From NCBI GenBank assembly GCA_041613315.1, contig JBFJHJ010000007.1, forward strand, positions 1-64,000: a stretch of DNA of 64,000 nt, in the 5' to 3' direction. The notes under the pieces are model-generated. The model searched no databases and had not been told where the DNA came from. It was given only the letters and a program-made list of their open reading frames with translations. Positions 46,462 through 55,877 of the stretch are shown here, piece by piece; position 1 is the stretch's first letter, and each line of letters starts with the position of its first letter. The translations under genes and the position numbers were made by a program. Source of the stretch: Gemmatimonadales bacterium. Lineage in GTDB: Bacteria; Gemmatimonadota; Gemmatimonadetes; Gemmatimonadales; GWC2-71-9.

Positions 46462-48519
46462 CTACCCGACGAACCACGGAGCCAGCACCAGGCTCACGAC
46501 GCTCATCAGCTTGATGAGAATGTTCATGCTGGGCCCGCTCGTGTCCTTGAACGGATCCCCCACGGTGTCACCGACAACCGCTGCTTTGTGCGCGTCCGAG
46601 CCTTTGCCGCCGTGGGCGCCGCCCTCGATGTATTTCTTGGCGTTGTCCCATGCCCCGCCGGCGTTGGCCATGAAGAGGGCGAGCACGACCCCGGTGAGCG
46701 TGGCGCCTGCGAGGAGCCCGCCCAGCGTCTCGACCCCGAAGAACCGCCCGACGATCACCGGAGCGAGGATTGCGGTCACGCCCGGCAGGATCATCTCGCG
46801 GAGCGCCGCCCGCGTCGAGATGTCGACACACCGCGCGCTGTCCGGCTTGGCCGTGCCCTCCATGAGGCCCGGAATCTCCTTGAACTGCCGGCGGACCTCC
46901 TGGACCATCCCTTCCGCGGCGCGGCCCACCGCGGTCATCGTCGCGGCGGCGATGAAGAACGGGAGCACCCCGCCCAGGAAGATCCCGATCACCACGCGCG
47001 GATTGACGATGTCCAGCACGACCGGCGGCGCGCCCTGGGGCGTCACCGCGTTGGCGTAGGCGCTGAACAGCGCCAACGCCGTGAGCGCCGCCGACCCGAT
47101 CGCGAACCCCTTCCCAATCGCCGCCGTCGTGTTGCCCAGCGCGTCCAGACTGTCCGTGATTTTCCGGACGTCCGGGCCGAGCCCGCTCATTTCGCTGATG
47201 CCGCCTGCGTTGTCCGCGATGGGCCCATAGGCGTCCACCGACATGGTGACGCCCACCGTGGCCAGCATCCCGACCGCCGCGATCCCGATGCCGTAGAGCC
47301 CCGCGCTCGAGTACGCCACGTAGATCCCGCCCGCGATCAGCAGGAGCGGCACCGCAGTGGACCGCATGCCGATGGCGAGGCCGGAGATGATGTTGGTGGC
47401 GGGGCCGGTGAGCGACGCCTTGGCAATGGTCCGGATCGGGCCGGCCGCGGTGTAGTACTCCGTGGCCAGTCCGATGAGGATCCCGGCCGCGGTCCCCACC
47501 ACCACGGCCCAAAACGGCCCCAGCACGTTGGACGTCCCGTCGGCGTGGACGAGGCCGATGTCCACCCGCAGGGTGAGCCAATACGCGGCGGCGAGGAACA
47601 GGCCGGCCGCGATGAACGTGGCCCAGCGCAGGGCCCCGGCCGGACTCGAGCGTTCCAGCAGACGGAACAGCCAGATCGCGATCACGCTGGCGGCGAGGCC
47701 GACCAGTATGTAGAGCATCGGGAGGGCGACCGCGGCCATCCGTGCCGTGATGAAGGGGCTGGTGGCGGCGATCGCGATGGTGGCGATCACCGCTCCCACA
47801 TAGCTCTCGAAGATGTCGGCTCCCATCCCCGCGACGTCGCCGACGTTGTCCCCCACGTTGTCGGCGATCGTGGCCGGGTTGCGCGGGTCGTCTTCCGGAA
47901 TCCCGGCCTCGACCTTGCCCACCAGGTCGGCGCCGACATCCGCGGCCTTGGTGTAGATGCCCCCGCCCACGCGCGCGAACAGCGCGATGGACGAGGCGCC
48001 CATCGCGAACCCGGCGATGATCTCGCTGAACGCCCTCCACGCGGCCTCGGTGTCCGGACTCCCCAGGAACGCTCGCATGACGAGTCCGATCCCGAGGAGC
48101 CCCAGGCTGGCGACGGAGAGGCCCATGACGGCGCCGCCGTTGAAGGCGATCCGGAGCGCCAACGCCTGTCCCGAACTCCTCGCGGCCTCGCTCGTTCGGG
48201 CGTTCGCCCGTGTCGCCGCCGTCATGCCGAAGAAGCCGGCGAGGATCGAGCAGATCCCGCCGCCCAAGTACGCGAGCGCCGTGGCCTTCGTGGTGGCCAG
48301 CGCGAGGAGCCCGGCCACGACCAGCAGGAACGGCACGAGATAGGAGTACTCCCGGCGGAGGAACGCCATCGCGCCCGTGTACACCAGCTCCTGGATCTCC
48401 TGCATGCGGGCGCTGCCGGCCGGCTGGCGGCGGACGTACCGGTACGTGAGCCAGGCGATCAGCAGGCCGAAGCCGCCCGTGGCCGCGGCGGTGAGGGGTA
48501 CGAAGCTGAAATCGGTCAC
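46462..48519 (-). CDS. hppA: Membrane-bound cation-translocating pyrophosphatase (K+-dependent type, probably Na+-PPase)
   Basis: [48 protein letters not shown] overlaps the pth stop. Confidence 0.95.
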   Translation of the reverse strand: MTDFSFVPLTAAATGGFGLLIAWLTYRYVRRQPAGSARMQEIQELVYTGAMAFLRREYSYLVPFLLVVAGLLALATTKATALAYLGGGICSILAGFFGMTAATRANARTSEAARSSGQALALRIAFNGGAVMGLSVASLGLLGIGLVMRAFLGSPDTEAAWRAFSEIIAGFAMGASSIALFARVGGGIYTKAADVGADLVGKVEAGIPEDDPRNPATIADNVGDNVGDVAGMGADIFESYVGAVIATIAIAATSPFITARMAAVALPMLYILVGLAASVIAIWLFRLLERSSPAGALRWATFIAAGLFLAAAYWLTLRVDIGLVHADGTSNVLGPFWAVVVGTAAGILIGLATEYYTAAGPIRTIAKASLTGPATNIISGLAIGMRSTAVPLLLIAGGIYVAYSSAGLYGIGIAAVGMLATVGVTMSVDAYGPIADNAGGISEMSGLGPDVRKITDSLDALGNTTAAIGKGFAIGSAALTALALFSAYANAVTPQGAPPVVLDIVNPRVVIGIFLGGVLPFFIAAATMTAVGRAAEGMVQEVRRQFKEIPGLMEGTAKPDSARCVDISTRAALREMILPGVTAILAPVIVGRFFGVETLGGLLAGATLTGVVLALFMANAGGAWDNAKKYIEGGAHGGKGSDAHKAAVVGDTVGDPFKDTSGPSMNILIKLMSVVSLVLAPWFVG

Positions 48520-49097
48520 TCTTCCGTTCCTCGTCGGTTGAAGCGGTTCATGGCCTCGTCCACGCCCTCGACGATCCAGCACTCGACCGCGTCGGCCAGC
48601 GCGGGCAGCAGGTCCACCAGGGCCACCTGTTCGTCGCGCGTGAAGGGCTCGAGCAGCCACTCGGCCTGATCGTTGATCCCCTCCGGCCGCGGCCCCACAC
48701 CGATGCGGAGCCGGGCGTACTCCGTCGAGCCGACGGCCTCCTCGACGGACACGAGGCCGTTGTGGCCCCCCGCCGAGCCCCGGGCTCGCACCCGAAAGGT
48801 GCCCATCGGCAGCGCGATGTCGTCTACGAGGACGAGGAGGTCGTGCGCCGGCTGGAGACCGCCGGGCACGAGCAGGGGCCGCAGGGCGGCCCCGCTACGA
48901 TTCATGTAGGTTTGGGGCTTGAGGAGCAGTACGTCCCGGCTCCCCACCGTTCCCTCCGTGACCAGCGCGCGGTCCCGCGCCCGAAACGGCGGGAACTCCC
49001 AGTGGTCGGCCAGACTGTCCGCCAGCAGAAAGCCCGCGTTGTGGCGGGTGATCGCGTAGCGGGGACCGGGATTGCCCAGCGCGACCACGGCGCGCAC
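48516..49097 (-). CDS. pth: Peptidyl-tRNA hydrolase
   Basis: [35 protein letters not shown]. Confidence 0.96.
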   Translation of the reverse strand: MRAVVALGNPGPRYAITRHNAGFLLADSLADHWEFPPFRARDRALVTEGTVGSRDVLLLKPQTYMNRSGAALRPLLVPGGLQPAHDLLVLVDDIALPMGTFRVRARGSAGGHNGLVSVEEAVGSTEYARLRIGVGPRPEGINDQAEWLLEPFTRDEQVALVDLLPALADAVECWIVEGVDEAMNRFNRRGTEE

Positions 49098-49100
49098 GGG

Positions 49101-49769
49101 CTAGTCCTCGGTTTCAGACTCGTCCGCGGCTTCCTCCTCGTCCTTCGGCTTCCGAATGAGCTCGGGCTCCGCCGGCTCCTCGGCGACGACCTCGGCCGGC
49201 GGCTCTTCCTCCACCCGCGGCGGAACGACCGTGCAGATCGTCGTCTCGGGGTCGTCCAGGATCCGGACGCCCGGGAGCTGCACGTCCGAAACGTGGAGGG
49301 AATGCCCCACGGCGAGATCGGTCACATCGAGCACGACGCGCGCCGGGATGTCCGTCGGCAGCACTTCGATCTCCAGTTCCCGGAGGAACTGCTCCAGCAC
49401 ACCGCCGCTGTTCCGCACGCCCTCGGGCGAGCCCTCGAGGTGGATCGGCACGCCGAGGGTGATCTTCTCGCCGGCGTGCACCTCGTAGAAGTCCACGTGC
49501 AGGATGTCTTTGCGGGTGGGGTGCCGCTGGATCTCGCGAATCAGCGTCTTGACCGCCGCGCCGTCCACCGCCAGGTCGATCACCACGCTCTCGGCCGCGA
49601 TGCCGATCAGGGCGCGGTCGAGCTCTTGGGCGATCACCGTCAGCGGCTCCGGCTCCCGGCCGTGTCCGTAGATGACCGCGGGCACCTTGCCCGCGCGCCG
49701 GAGCTGCCGAGCCCCACCCTTGCCGGTGGTGCGGCGCCGCTCCGCGTTGATCGTGACTGTCTGGGCCAT
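49101..49769 (-). CDS. rplY: 50S ribosomal protein L25/general stress protein Ctc
   Basis: GKGGARQLRRAGKVPAVIYG, HVDFY, acidic tail. Confidence 0.95.
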   Translation of the reverse strand: MAQTVTINAERRRTTGKGGARQLRRAGKVPAVIYGHGREPEPLTVIAQELDRALIGIAAESVVIDLAVDGAAVKTLIREIQRHPTRKDILHVDFYEVHAGEKITLGVPIHLEGSPEGVRNSGGVLEQFLRELEIEVLPTDIPARVVLDVTDLAVGHSLHVSDVQLPGVRILDDPETTICTVVPPRVEEEPPAEVVAEEPAEPELIRKPKDEEEAADESETED

Positions 49770-49846
49770 CGGTACGTTTCCTCTTCTTCCGCGGTCAGCA
49801 TTCGTTGTTCGCCGTCCACACGGCAGCGTGCTGGCGGCTGGTGGCG

Positions 49847-50800
49847 TCAATCAAACAGCGAGCTCACCGACTGATCGCTGTGGGTGAAACGGATCGCCTG
49901 CGCAAAGAGCGGGGCGATCGACAACACCTTCAGCCGCTCGAAGCGCCGCTCCTCCGGGAGGCGGATCGTGTTCGCCACGGCGACCTCGGTGACGGGACAG
50001 GCCGTCAACCGATCGACGGCGGGGCCCGACAGCAGCGCGTGCGTGGCGCAGCAGAACACCTCCCGCGCGCCGAGGCGCTTGAGCGCCGTCGCCGCCTCCG
50101 CCATCGTGCCGGCCGTGTCGATCATGTCGTCCACGATCAGGCAGTCCCGGCCTTCGACCTCACCCACGACGTTCACGATCTCGGCGATGTTCGCCGAGGG
50201 GCGCCGCTTGTCGATGATCGCCAGCGACGCATCGAGCCGCTTGGCGAACCCCCGCGCCATCTTGGCCGCCCCCACGTCGGGCGCCACGATCACCGGCTGC
50301 CGGAGCCCCTTGTGCCGGTAATGCTGGACGAGCACGGGCGCCGCATACAGGTGGTCCACCGGGATGTCGAAGAACCCTTGAATCTGATGCTGGTGGAAAT
50401 CCATTCCCAGCACCCGCTCCGCTCCCGCCGTCGTGATCAGGTTCGCCATCAGCTTCGCGCTGATCGCCACCCGCGGCTGGTCCTTGCGGTCCTGCCGCGC
50501 GTACCCGAAGTACGGGATCACCGCCGTGATCCGGGCCGCGCTCGCCCGCTTGGCGGCGTCGATCAGGAGCAGCAGCTCCAGCAGGTTCTCCGCCGGCGGG
50601 TTCGTGGGCTGGATGATGAATACATCCTGCCCCCGCACGTTCTCGTCGATCTTGACGAAGATCTCGCCATCGGCGAACCGCCGGATCGTCACGTGACACA
50701 GCGGCTGATGCAGCGCCCCGGCGATCTCCTCGGCCAACGGGCGGTGGGCCGTCCCGGCCAGGAGAAGCATCTTACTGCTCGCGAGGGAGATCTCGGCCAT
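49847..50800 (-). CDS. prs: Ribose-phosphate pyrophosphokinase
   Basis: FADGE, PYFGYARQDRK, APDVG, DDMIDTAGT. Confidence 0.97.
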   Translation of the reverse strand: MAEISLASSKMLLLAGTAHRPLAEEIAGALHQPLCHVTIRRFADGEIFVKIDENVRGQDVFIIQPTNPPAENLLELLLLIDAAKRASAARITAVIPYFGYARQDRKDQPRVAISAKLMANLITTAGAERVLGMDFHQHQIQGFFDIPVDHLYAAPVLVQHYRHKGLRQPVIVAPDVGAAKMARGFAKRLDASLAIIDKRRPSANIAEIVNVVGEVEGRDCLIVDDMIDTAGTMAEAATALKRLGAREVFCCATHALLSGPAVDRLTACPVTEVAVANTIRLPEERRFERLKVLSIAPLFAQAIRFTHSDQSVSSLFD

Positions 50801-50811
50801 AAGAGCGTTGG

Positions 50812-50840
50812 AAGATACTTGGCCGAAGGCGGTAGGCCAA
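50812..50840 (-). promoter_or_regulatory. Sigma-70 promoter of the prs operon (very short leader)
   Basis: TTGGCC-N17-TATCTT-N11-ATG. Confidence 0.55.
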
Positions 50841-50937
50841 GTTGCCCCCCACGGCGCCCTTACGGGCCACGGGCCGGTTGGGCATATTGGCGTCGGCCGG
50901 CAGCCGCTGACGCCGTTTCGAGCCCTGGAGGACCTGC

Positions 50938-51168
50938 ATGCCCGACCGGACCACGTTCGCGCCGTTCTCACCCGGTGAAGCCGCCGCGCTGCGGTCCGCG
51001 CTCCAGGCGGGCGACCCGCTCCGGTGCCCGCGCTGCGGCACGGCGATGGCCGCCGACCAGCCGCTCCCCAGCGCCGGCACGGTCGAGCTGGTCTGGCTGA
51101 TCCGCTGCGGCGAGTGCCGACGCGGCCTCACGGTCGCCGATGCCGCGCGCGGGCCGGCCGGTCGCTGA
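50938..51168 (+). CDS. Small zinc-ribbon protein
   Basis: CPRC..CGEC; SD GGAGGA. Confidence 0.65.
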   Translation: MPDRTTFAPFSPGEAAALRSALQAGDPLRCPRCGTAMAADQPLPSAGTVELVWLIRCGECRRGLTVADAARGPAGR

Positions 51169-51174
51169 CGACGC

Positions 51175-51465
51175 TCAGCGCTCGATCAGCGACGCGTATT
51201 GCGGGTGGCGCTCGATGACGTACGTCACGAACGGGCACGTGGCAATGACCTGGTAGCCGTGGTCCTGCGCGTAGTCGAGCCCCCGCCGCACGAGCCGCTC
51301 GCCGATGCCGCGGCCGCGCCACGTCAGAGGCACGAAAGTGCGCACGAAGTCGAGGGTGCGCTCCGTCACGCGCTCGTATTGCAGCTCGGCGTCCTCGCCA
51401 TCTCGCGACGCCACGAACCGGCGGCGCGCCGTGTCATGACGGATCTCCACGTCCATCACGTCCAT
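51175..51465 (-). CDS. Small GNAT N-acetyltransferase (YjdJ/Acetyltransf_CG type)
   Basis: TFVP..RGRGIG..L, IATCPFV. Confidence 0.88.
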   Translation of the reverse strand: MDVMDVEIRHDTARRRFVASRDGEDAELQYERVTERTLDFVRTFVPLTWRGRGIGERLVRRGLDYAQDHGYQVIATCPFVTYVIERHPQYASLIER

Positions 51466-51690
51466 CGCCCTCTCCGCTCGTCAGGGGTCGGCCGTTCGCG
51501 TCCAGCGGCGCGGGCGCGCTGCGGCGGCGACCGCTCCGGCCGGTCCGCTCTGCCTCCGTGGTCGCGCCCGCAATGTAGAATGAAAGGCCCCACCGCGCTG
51601 TTCCATCCGGTTCGCGCGGCGCGTCGACGGTGCGCGTCGCGTTACCTGAAGACTGCGTTCGACGTCTGAACATCGTGTCGCACGTCGCAT

Positions 51691-51820
51691 TGTGACCTAC
51701 GGCACGGCCTCCCCTCTGAGGCCGTGAGACGTTAGGACCGTACGCAACCATACATCCGACAGTGCGGCGGCGACGGCGCCGAAAGCGCGCCGTCGCGCCG
51801 ACTTGCTCCGTAAGGAGGGG
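51691..51820 (+). promoter_or_regulatory. Multi-hairpin 5' region of the unknown two-gene operon
   Basis: 9-bp stem at 51703-51726; 10-bp stem with GAAA-containing loop at 51770-51796; CTCC-GTAA-GGAG hairpin occluding the SD at 51806-51817. Confidence 0.4.
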
Positions 51821-51825
51821 CGCGC

Positions 51826-53100
51826 ATGTTCGAGGCGATCCAGTCATTCCTTCCCACCGAGTGGCAGCGCACGGCCGAGTTCGTGGGCGCGCCCGTGTGG
51901 TGGATCCCCGAGTGGCAAGGCGTCGTCCTGGGCTTCACCCTCTCCGGCGCTTCGGCGGCGGAGATCGCGCTCAAGACCGTCTTCCTGCTACTCCCGATCT
52001 TGGTGGTCGTTGTCGGCATGTGGATCACCATGGTGTCGTTGTATACACTCCCCTTCCGATCGGAACGTGGCCGATACGTGACGGTGGTGGCGATGTCGTG
52101 GTGGGATGCGGGGCGGAGCATCTGGTTCTTCTGGGCCGGCGTCGTGCGCGTGTTCGTCGTGCTCGTGGGCTGGGTTTGGGGCCTGCTCAAGCTGACGGTG
52201 CGCTACATCGTGGGGATGGTGAAGGGCACGGTCAACTCGCCTTTTGTCCTCCTCGACTGGACGTCGCGCCGCTACTTCAAGCCGGGCGTGCCGTGGATCG
52301 CCTTCCTGCTGACCCTGCTGTGGTCGGCGCTCGAGGCCACGATCTTCACGTACACCCTGATGCCGACCATGACCGAGGTCCTCGGCGCGATCACGGGGTT
52401 CGATCCGAACCGGGCGGTGATGGTGCCGATCCTCTGGATCCTGCTGTTCCTGCTCATCGCGGGCTCGTTCGCCTGCGTGCAGGTCCTGGCCGACGCCATT
52501 CGGCACCGGCATGTGGGCCAACTCGTGCAGATGCTGTTCGTCGAGTTCTTCGTGATGTTCTTTGAGGTGGTCTTCCTGTATCGCGAGCTGATTGACGCGA
52601 TCACGCCGTGGATCGCGCAGCAGACAGGCGGTGAGCTGCAGCTCGGGCTCGTGCCCACGCTCGCGCTCGCCGCGTTCGGATGGGTCGGCATCCGCGGCAT
52701 GACCTGGTTCCTGTTCGGCCGCTACGGCACACCGGCGCTGATCGCCGTGCTGTCCCGCGAAACCATCACGCAGGACGAGCCGCTGTCCGCCAGTCAGATG
52801 CCCGTGACGCAGCCGGGGTTGTTCCGCGATGCGATGGCCGCGCTCAAGAGCGAGACCGCGTGGTTCAAGCAGGAGGCGCGCTATGTGTTCGAGTTGCTCT
52901 CGCTGCCGATTCTGCAGCTGTTCGCCGCCGCGGTGAATTTCACCGTCGTCCTCGTTCGGTCGCGCCCGATCTTCCAGCTGCCGTTCACGGAGCTGGACGA
53001 GGTGCTCGCCGCGACGCCGTTCGCCAGCCGGTCGGACGACGGCGGCGGGCGGCGGCGCGCCAAGTCCGCGCAGCCTGCCAGCGCCGGAGGTGCGATGTGA
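51826..53100 (+). CDS. Hypothetical polytopic membrane protein
   Basis: Strong SD AAGGAGG; 424 aa with ~7-8 hydrophobic segments; GC3-rich codons. Confidence 0.85.
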   Translation: MFEAIQSFLPTEWQRTAEFVGAPVWWIPEWQGVVLGFTLSGASAAEIALKTVFLLLPILVVVVGMWITMVSLYTLPFRSERGRYVTVVAMSWWDAGRSIWFFWAGVVRVFVVLVGWVWGLLKLTVRYIVGMVKGTVNSPFVLLDWTSRRYFKPGVPWIAFLLTLLWSALEATIFTYTLMPTMTEVLGAITGFDPNRAVMVPILWILLFLLIAGSFACVQVLADAIRHRHVGQLVQMLFVEFFVMFFEVVFLYRELIDAITPWIAQQTGGELQLGLVPTLALAAFGWVGIRGMTWFLFGRYGTPALIAVLSRETITQDEPLSASQMPVTQPGLFRDAMAALKSETAWFKQEARYVFELLSLPILQLFAAAVNFTVVLVRSRPIFQLPFTELDEVLAATPFASRSDDGGGRRRAKSAQPASAGGAM

Positions 53101-53849
53101 GCCGGGTCCTTCGCATCGCGGCGGCCGCCGGCGTCCTGGCGGCGGCAGGCTGCGCTCCGCAGGGTTCGGAGCAGCAGCTCTTCAAGAACACGCTCGTCAT
53201 GGGCATCGACGTGAGCGGCTCGTTCCGCGCCCACTATGATGAGGCGATCGAGTTCGCCGCGTACTATCTCTACGGGCACCTGAACGGCCTGGGCGAGCTC
53301 CGCCAGCCCACCGCCGTCTTCGTGGGGTCGGTGGGTGGTGAGCGGGCTGGCGAAGTGAAATCGTTTCACCCGATTCACGACTTCACCGGCAAGAGCGTGC
53401 AGCAGATCACCGCCGACCTGCGGAAGTGGTTCCCGGCGGAAGACCGCGTGACCGACTTCAACACGTTTTTCGACCGCGCCGCCACCATGGTGAAGCGCCA
53501 GAACCTGGTGCTCGCCCCGCTCAATATCGTCATCGTGAGCGACGGGGTGCCCGATGTGCGCGCGGCCCGCGGCGACACGCTCGGGCCGTATCAGCGGCTG
53601 AACGTGAGCCCGCTCGAGTACCTGTCCCGGAGCACCACCGTGCGGCTGCTCTACCCGACGCCCACAGTGGCGGTCAACTGGGAGCGCGGTGTGGAGCGCC
53701 GGCGCGTCCGGCTGTGGACGGTCGACGCACAGGTGATGTCCGGCTGGCGCACCCAGCTGGTGCCCGGAGCACCACCACAGGCTCAGGACAAGCTGTGGAC
53801 CTGGATGCACGACAACGTCGACTTCCGGGTTCGAGCACGGATTCTCTAG
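53097..53849 (+). CDS. vWA-domain (MIDAS) lipoprotein, hypothetical
   Basis: GTGA overlap with SD GGAGG; AAGC lipobox; IDVSGS, TDF, VSDG. Confidence 0.8.
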   Translation: MSRVLRIAAAAGVLAAAGCAPQGSEQQLFKNTLVMGIDVSGSFRAHYDEAIEFAAYYLYGHLNGLGELRQPTAVFVGSVGGERAGEVKSFHPIHDFTGKSVQQITADLRKWFPAEDRVTDFNTFFDRAATMVKRQNLVLAPLNIVIVSDGVPDVRAARGDTLGPYQRLNVSPLEYLSRSTTVRLLYPTPTVAVNWERGVERRRVRLWTVDAQVMSGWRTQLVPGAPPQAQDKLWTWMHDNVDFRVRARIL

Positions 53850-53886
53850 GACAGCGATCGGCCATCGCAGGAGGCCGGGAGGACCG

Positions 53887-53928
53887 GGCGGGGGAGACGA
53901 CGCATCGTCTCCCCCGCCGCGTTTTCTT
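53887..53928 (+). terminator. Rho-independent terminator
   Basis: 14-bp stem GGCGGGGGAGACGA/TCGTCTCCCCCGCC, loop CGCA, followed by GCGTTTTCTT. Confidence 0.8.
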
Positions 53929-53937
53929 GTCGCCCGG

Positions 53938-55851
53938 TCAGTCGTCCGCGCCGGCGACCGGTTGACCGGCCGACGACGCGACGGGCGGCGGGTCGGGCAG
54001 GGGGCCGTCGAGGGTGCGTTTCCGCCACACCGGCACCAGCGCCACCGCCGCCACGATGGCGAGCCAGGACCACCCCGCCGCGACCGTGCGTGAGACGAGC
54101 AGGGTCGCCACGCCGAACAGCAGGAGGTAGAGGGACAGAGCCGTCAGCCCGGTGCTGGCGAGGCCGCGCCCCAGGGCCCGCATCGGCTGGGCCGCGTCGT
54201 CGCCCTCCGCCTCGGCGGTCCGTCGCCAGAACCCGGGCGGGCGGACCCGGCGGTAGAACGCGCGGAGGCGCGGCTCGTCGGTTCGGGGAGTCACGAAGGT
54301 GATCGCCACCGCCCCCAAGGTGGACACCAACGCCATGACGCTCAACCACACCCACTCCTGGTCGGTCGTCACCAGGAGGATCGGCGCCACCAGCAGCGAG
54401 AGCGCCATGGCGGCGAGCTCCGAGTAGAGGTTGATCCGCTCCCACACCCAGCGCAGCACCAGCACCGATCCCATACCCGCCCCGAACAAGAGCGAGACGA
54501 ACCACGCGGTCTGAATGGACCCGAGATTCGCCATGACGACCAGCGCGATCCCGATGATGAAGACGTTGGAGAGCCGGGCTACGAGCACCAGTTCCCGGTT
54601 GCCCGGCTCGCGGCGCAACCACCGCTGCGACACGAGCCGCTGGTAGATGTCGTTGCTCCAGTAGCTCGCGCCCCAATTGAGGTGGGTATCGATCGTCGAG
54701 GCGAGGGCCGCGAGGAGCGCCGTGAGCATGAGCCCACGGATGCCCACGGGCAGCAGCTCGTCGATCCCCGTCACGAACAGGATCTCTCGCGACGCGGCGA
54801 AGTCGGCGCTCGCCGCCGCGGCGTCGGTAAACGGGTAGAGGATCAGGAGGCCTACGGCGATGAGGAGCCACGGAAGGCTCCGCAAGAAGATTTGGAGCCA
54901 CGCGAACAGCACGCCGGCCGTGCGGGCGTCGCGGTCGGTAGCGCAGCCCATGCTTCGCTGGGCGAGGTAGCCGGTGCCGTCGCTATTCATTTGAAAGAAC
55001 CATTGAAGGCCCACGATCACGAGGAACGGGAGCAACACGTCGCCCGCGCCGGGCGCGAACGAGAGAAGCCGGTCGGCCGTGGCCGCTCCATACAGCTCGC
55101 CCACGCGGTCCGTGAGTCCGCCGAGCCCCCCCGCCGCCCGCACGACGAACCACGCGTACGCGATCGTCCCGAGCATCGCCAGCGCGAACTGCGCGATATC
55201 CGTGGCCACCACCGCGCGGAGGCCGCCCGTGGTGGAGTACAGGGCGGTGAAGCCAAGGATCGCCCCGATGCTGAGGAGGTTGTTGGTCGTGGCGACGAGC
55301 GGGTCGAGCGGCGTCGCGCCCGAGTGCAGGGTTACTCCGACCGCCCGGACGACGCCCATTACGGCGCCGTACAGGTCGCCCGGCAGCCACGCGTGCCACG
55401 GCAGGAACACTTCCGCGATCCGCACGGCGGCGACCAAGACCATGGCCAAGACCACGCAGTTGATGACGGTGCCGTAGTAGACCGCCTTGAGGACCCGGAG
55501 CGGCAGCACGGCGCCGCCGGCGTAGCGGATCTCGGTCAGCTCGGCGTCGGTGAGGACGCCGGCGCGGCGCCACAGGGCCGAGAACACGTACGCCATCAGC
55601 AAGAACGCGATACCGTAGATGAGCAGCCGCCACACGCCGAACAGCCCGGCGGTGGCGACGAGGCCCGTGACGAGAAGCGGTGTGTCGGCGGCGAACTGTG
55701 TCGCCGCCATGCTCGTGCCCGCCTGCCATCCCTTCAACGTGCGGCCGGCCAGGAAGTACTCCGTGAGCCCACGGGAGGCCTGGCGCCGGGCCAGGAACCC
55801 GGAGCTGATGGCGTAGGCCACGAAGGCGAAGACGATCAGCGCGTCGAGCAT
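53938..55851 (-). CDS. Sodium:solute symporter (SSS) family protein
   Basis: EYFLAGR, SMAATQFAADTP, GGLRAVVATD, AALASTIDT.LN; many TMs. Confidence 0.9.
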   Translation of the reverse strand: MLDALIVFAFVAYAISSGFLARRQASRGLTEYFLAGRTLKGWQAGTSMAATQFAADTPLLVTGLVATAGLFGVWRLLIYGIAFLLMAYVFSALWRRAGVLTDAELTEIRYAGGAVLPLRVLKAVYYGTVINCVVLAMVLVAAVRIAEVFLPWHAWLPGDLYGAVMGVVRAVGVTLHSGATPLDPLVATTNNLLSIGAILGFTALYSTTGGLRAVVATDIAQFALAMLGTIAYAWFVVRAAGGLGGLTDRVGELYGAATADRLLSFAPGAGDVLLPFLVIVGLQWFFQMNSDGTGYLAQRSMGCATDRDARTAGVLFAWLQIFLRSLPWLLIAVGLLILYPFTDAAAASADFAASREILFVTGIDELLPVGIRGLMLTALLAALASTIDTHLNWGASYWSNDIYQRLVSQRWLRREPGNRELVLVARLSNVFIIGIALVVMANLGSIQTAWFVSLLFGAGMGSVLVLRWVWERINLYSELAAMALSLLVAPILLVTTDQEWVWLSVMALVSTLGAVAITFVTPRTDEPRLRAFYRRVRPPGFWRRTAEAEGDDAAQPMRALGRGLASTGLTALSLYLLLFGVATLLVSRTVAAGWSWLAIVAAVALVPVWRKRTLDGPLPDPPPVASSAGQPVAGADD

Positions 55852-55877
55852 CTCCTTCTCGATCGACTCGGCGTCCG

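Noticed and set aside
46405..48669. 754-aa ORF antisense to hppA (and similar long antisense ORFs throughout)
   Set aside because: Same stop-poor antisense-frame artefact
50801..50937. tRNA-Gln expected upstream of prs
   Set aside because: No cloverleaf or T-loop GTTCRA pattern seen; the region contains promoter-like motifs only
51770..51796. c-di-GMP-I riboswitch suggested by the GAAA loop
   Set aside because: Lacks the GGCAAA/GACGCAAA junction and tetraloop-receptor stem of that class
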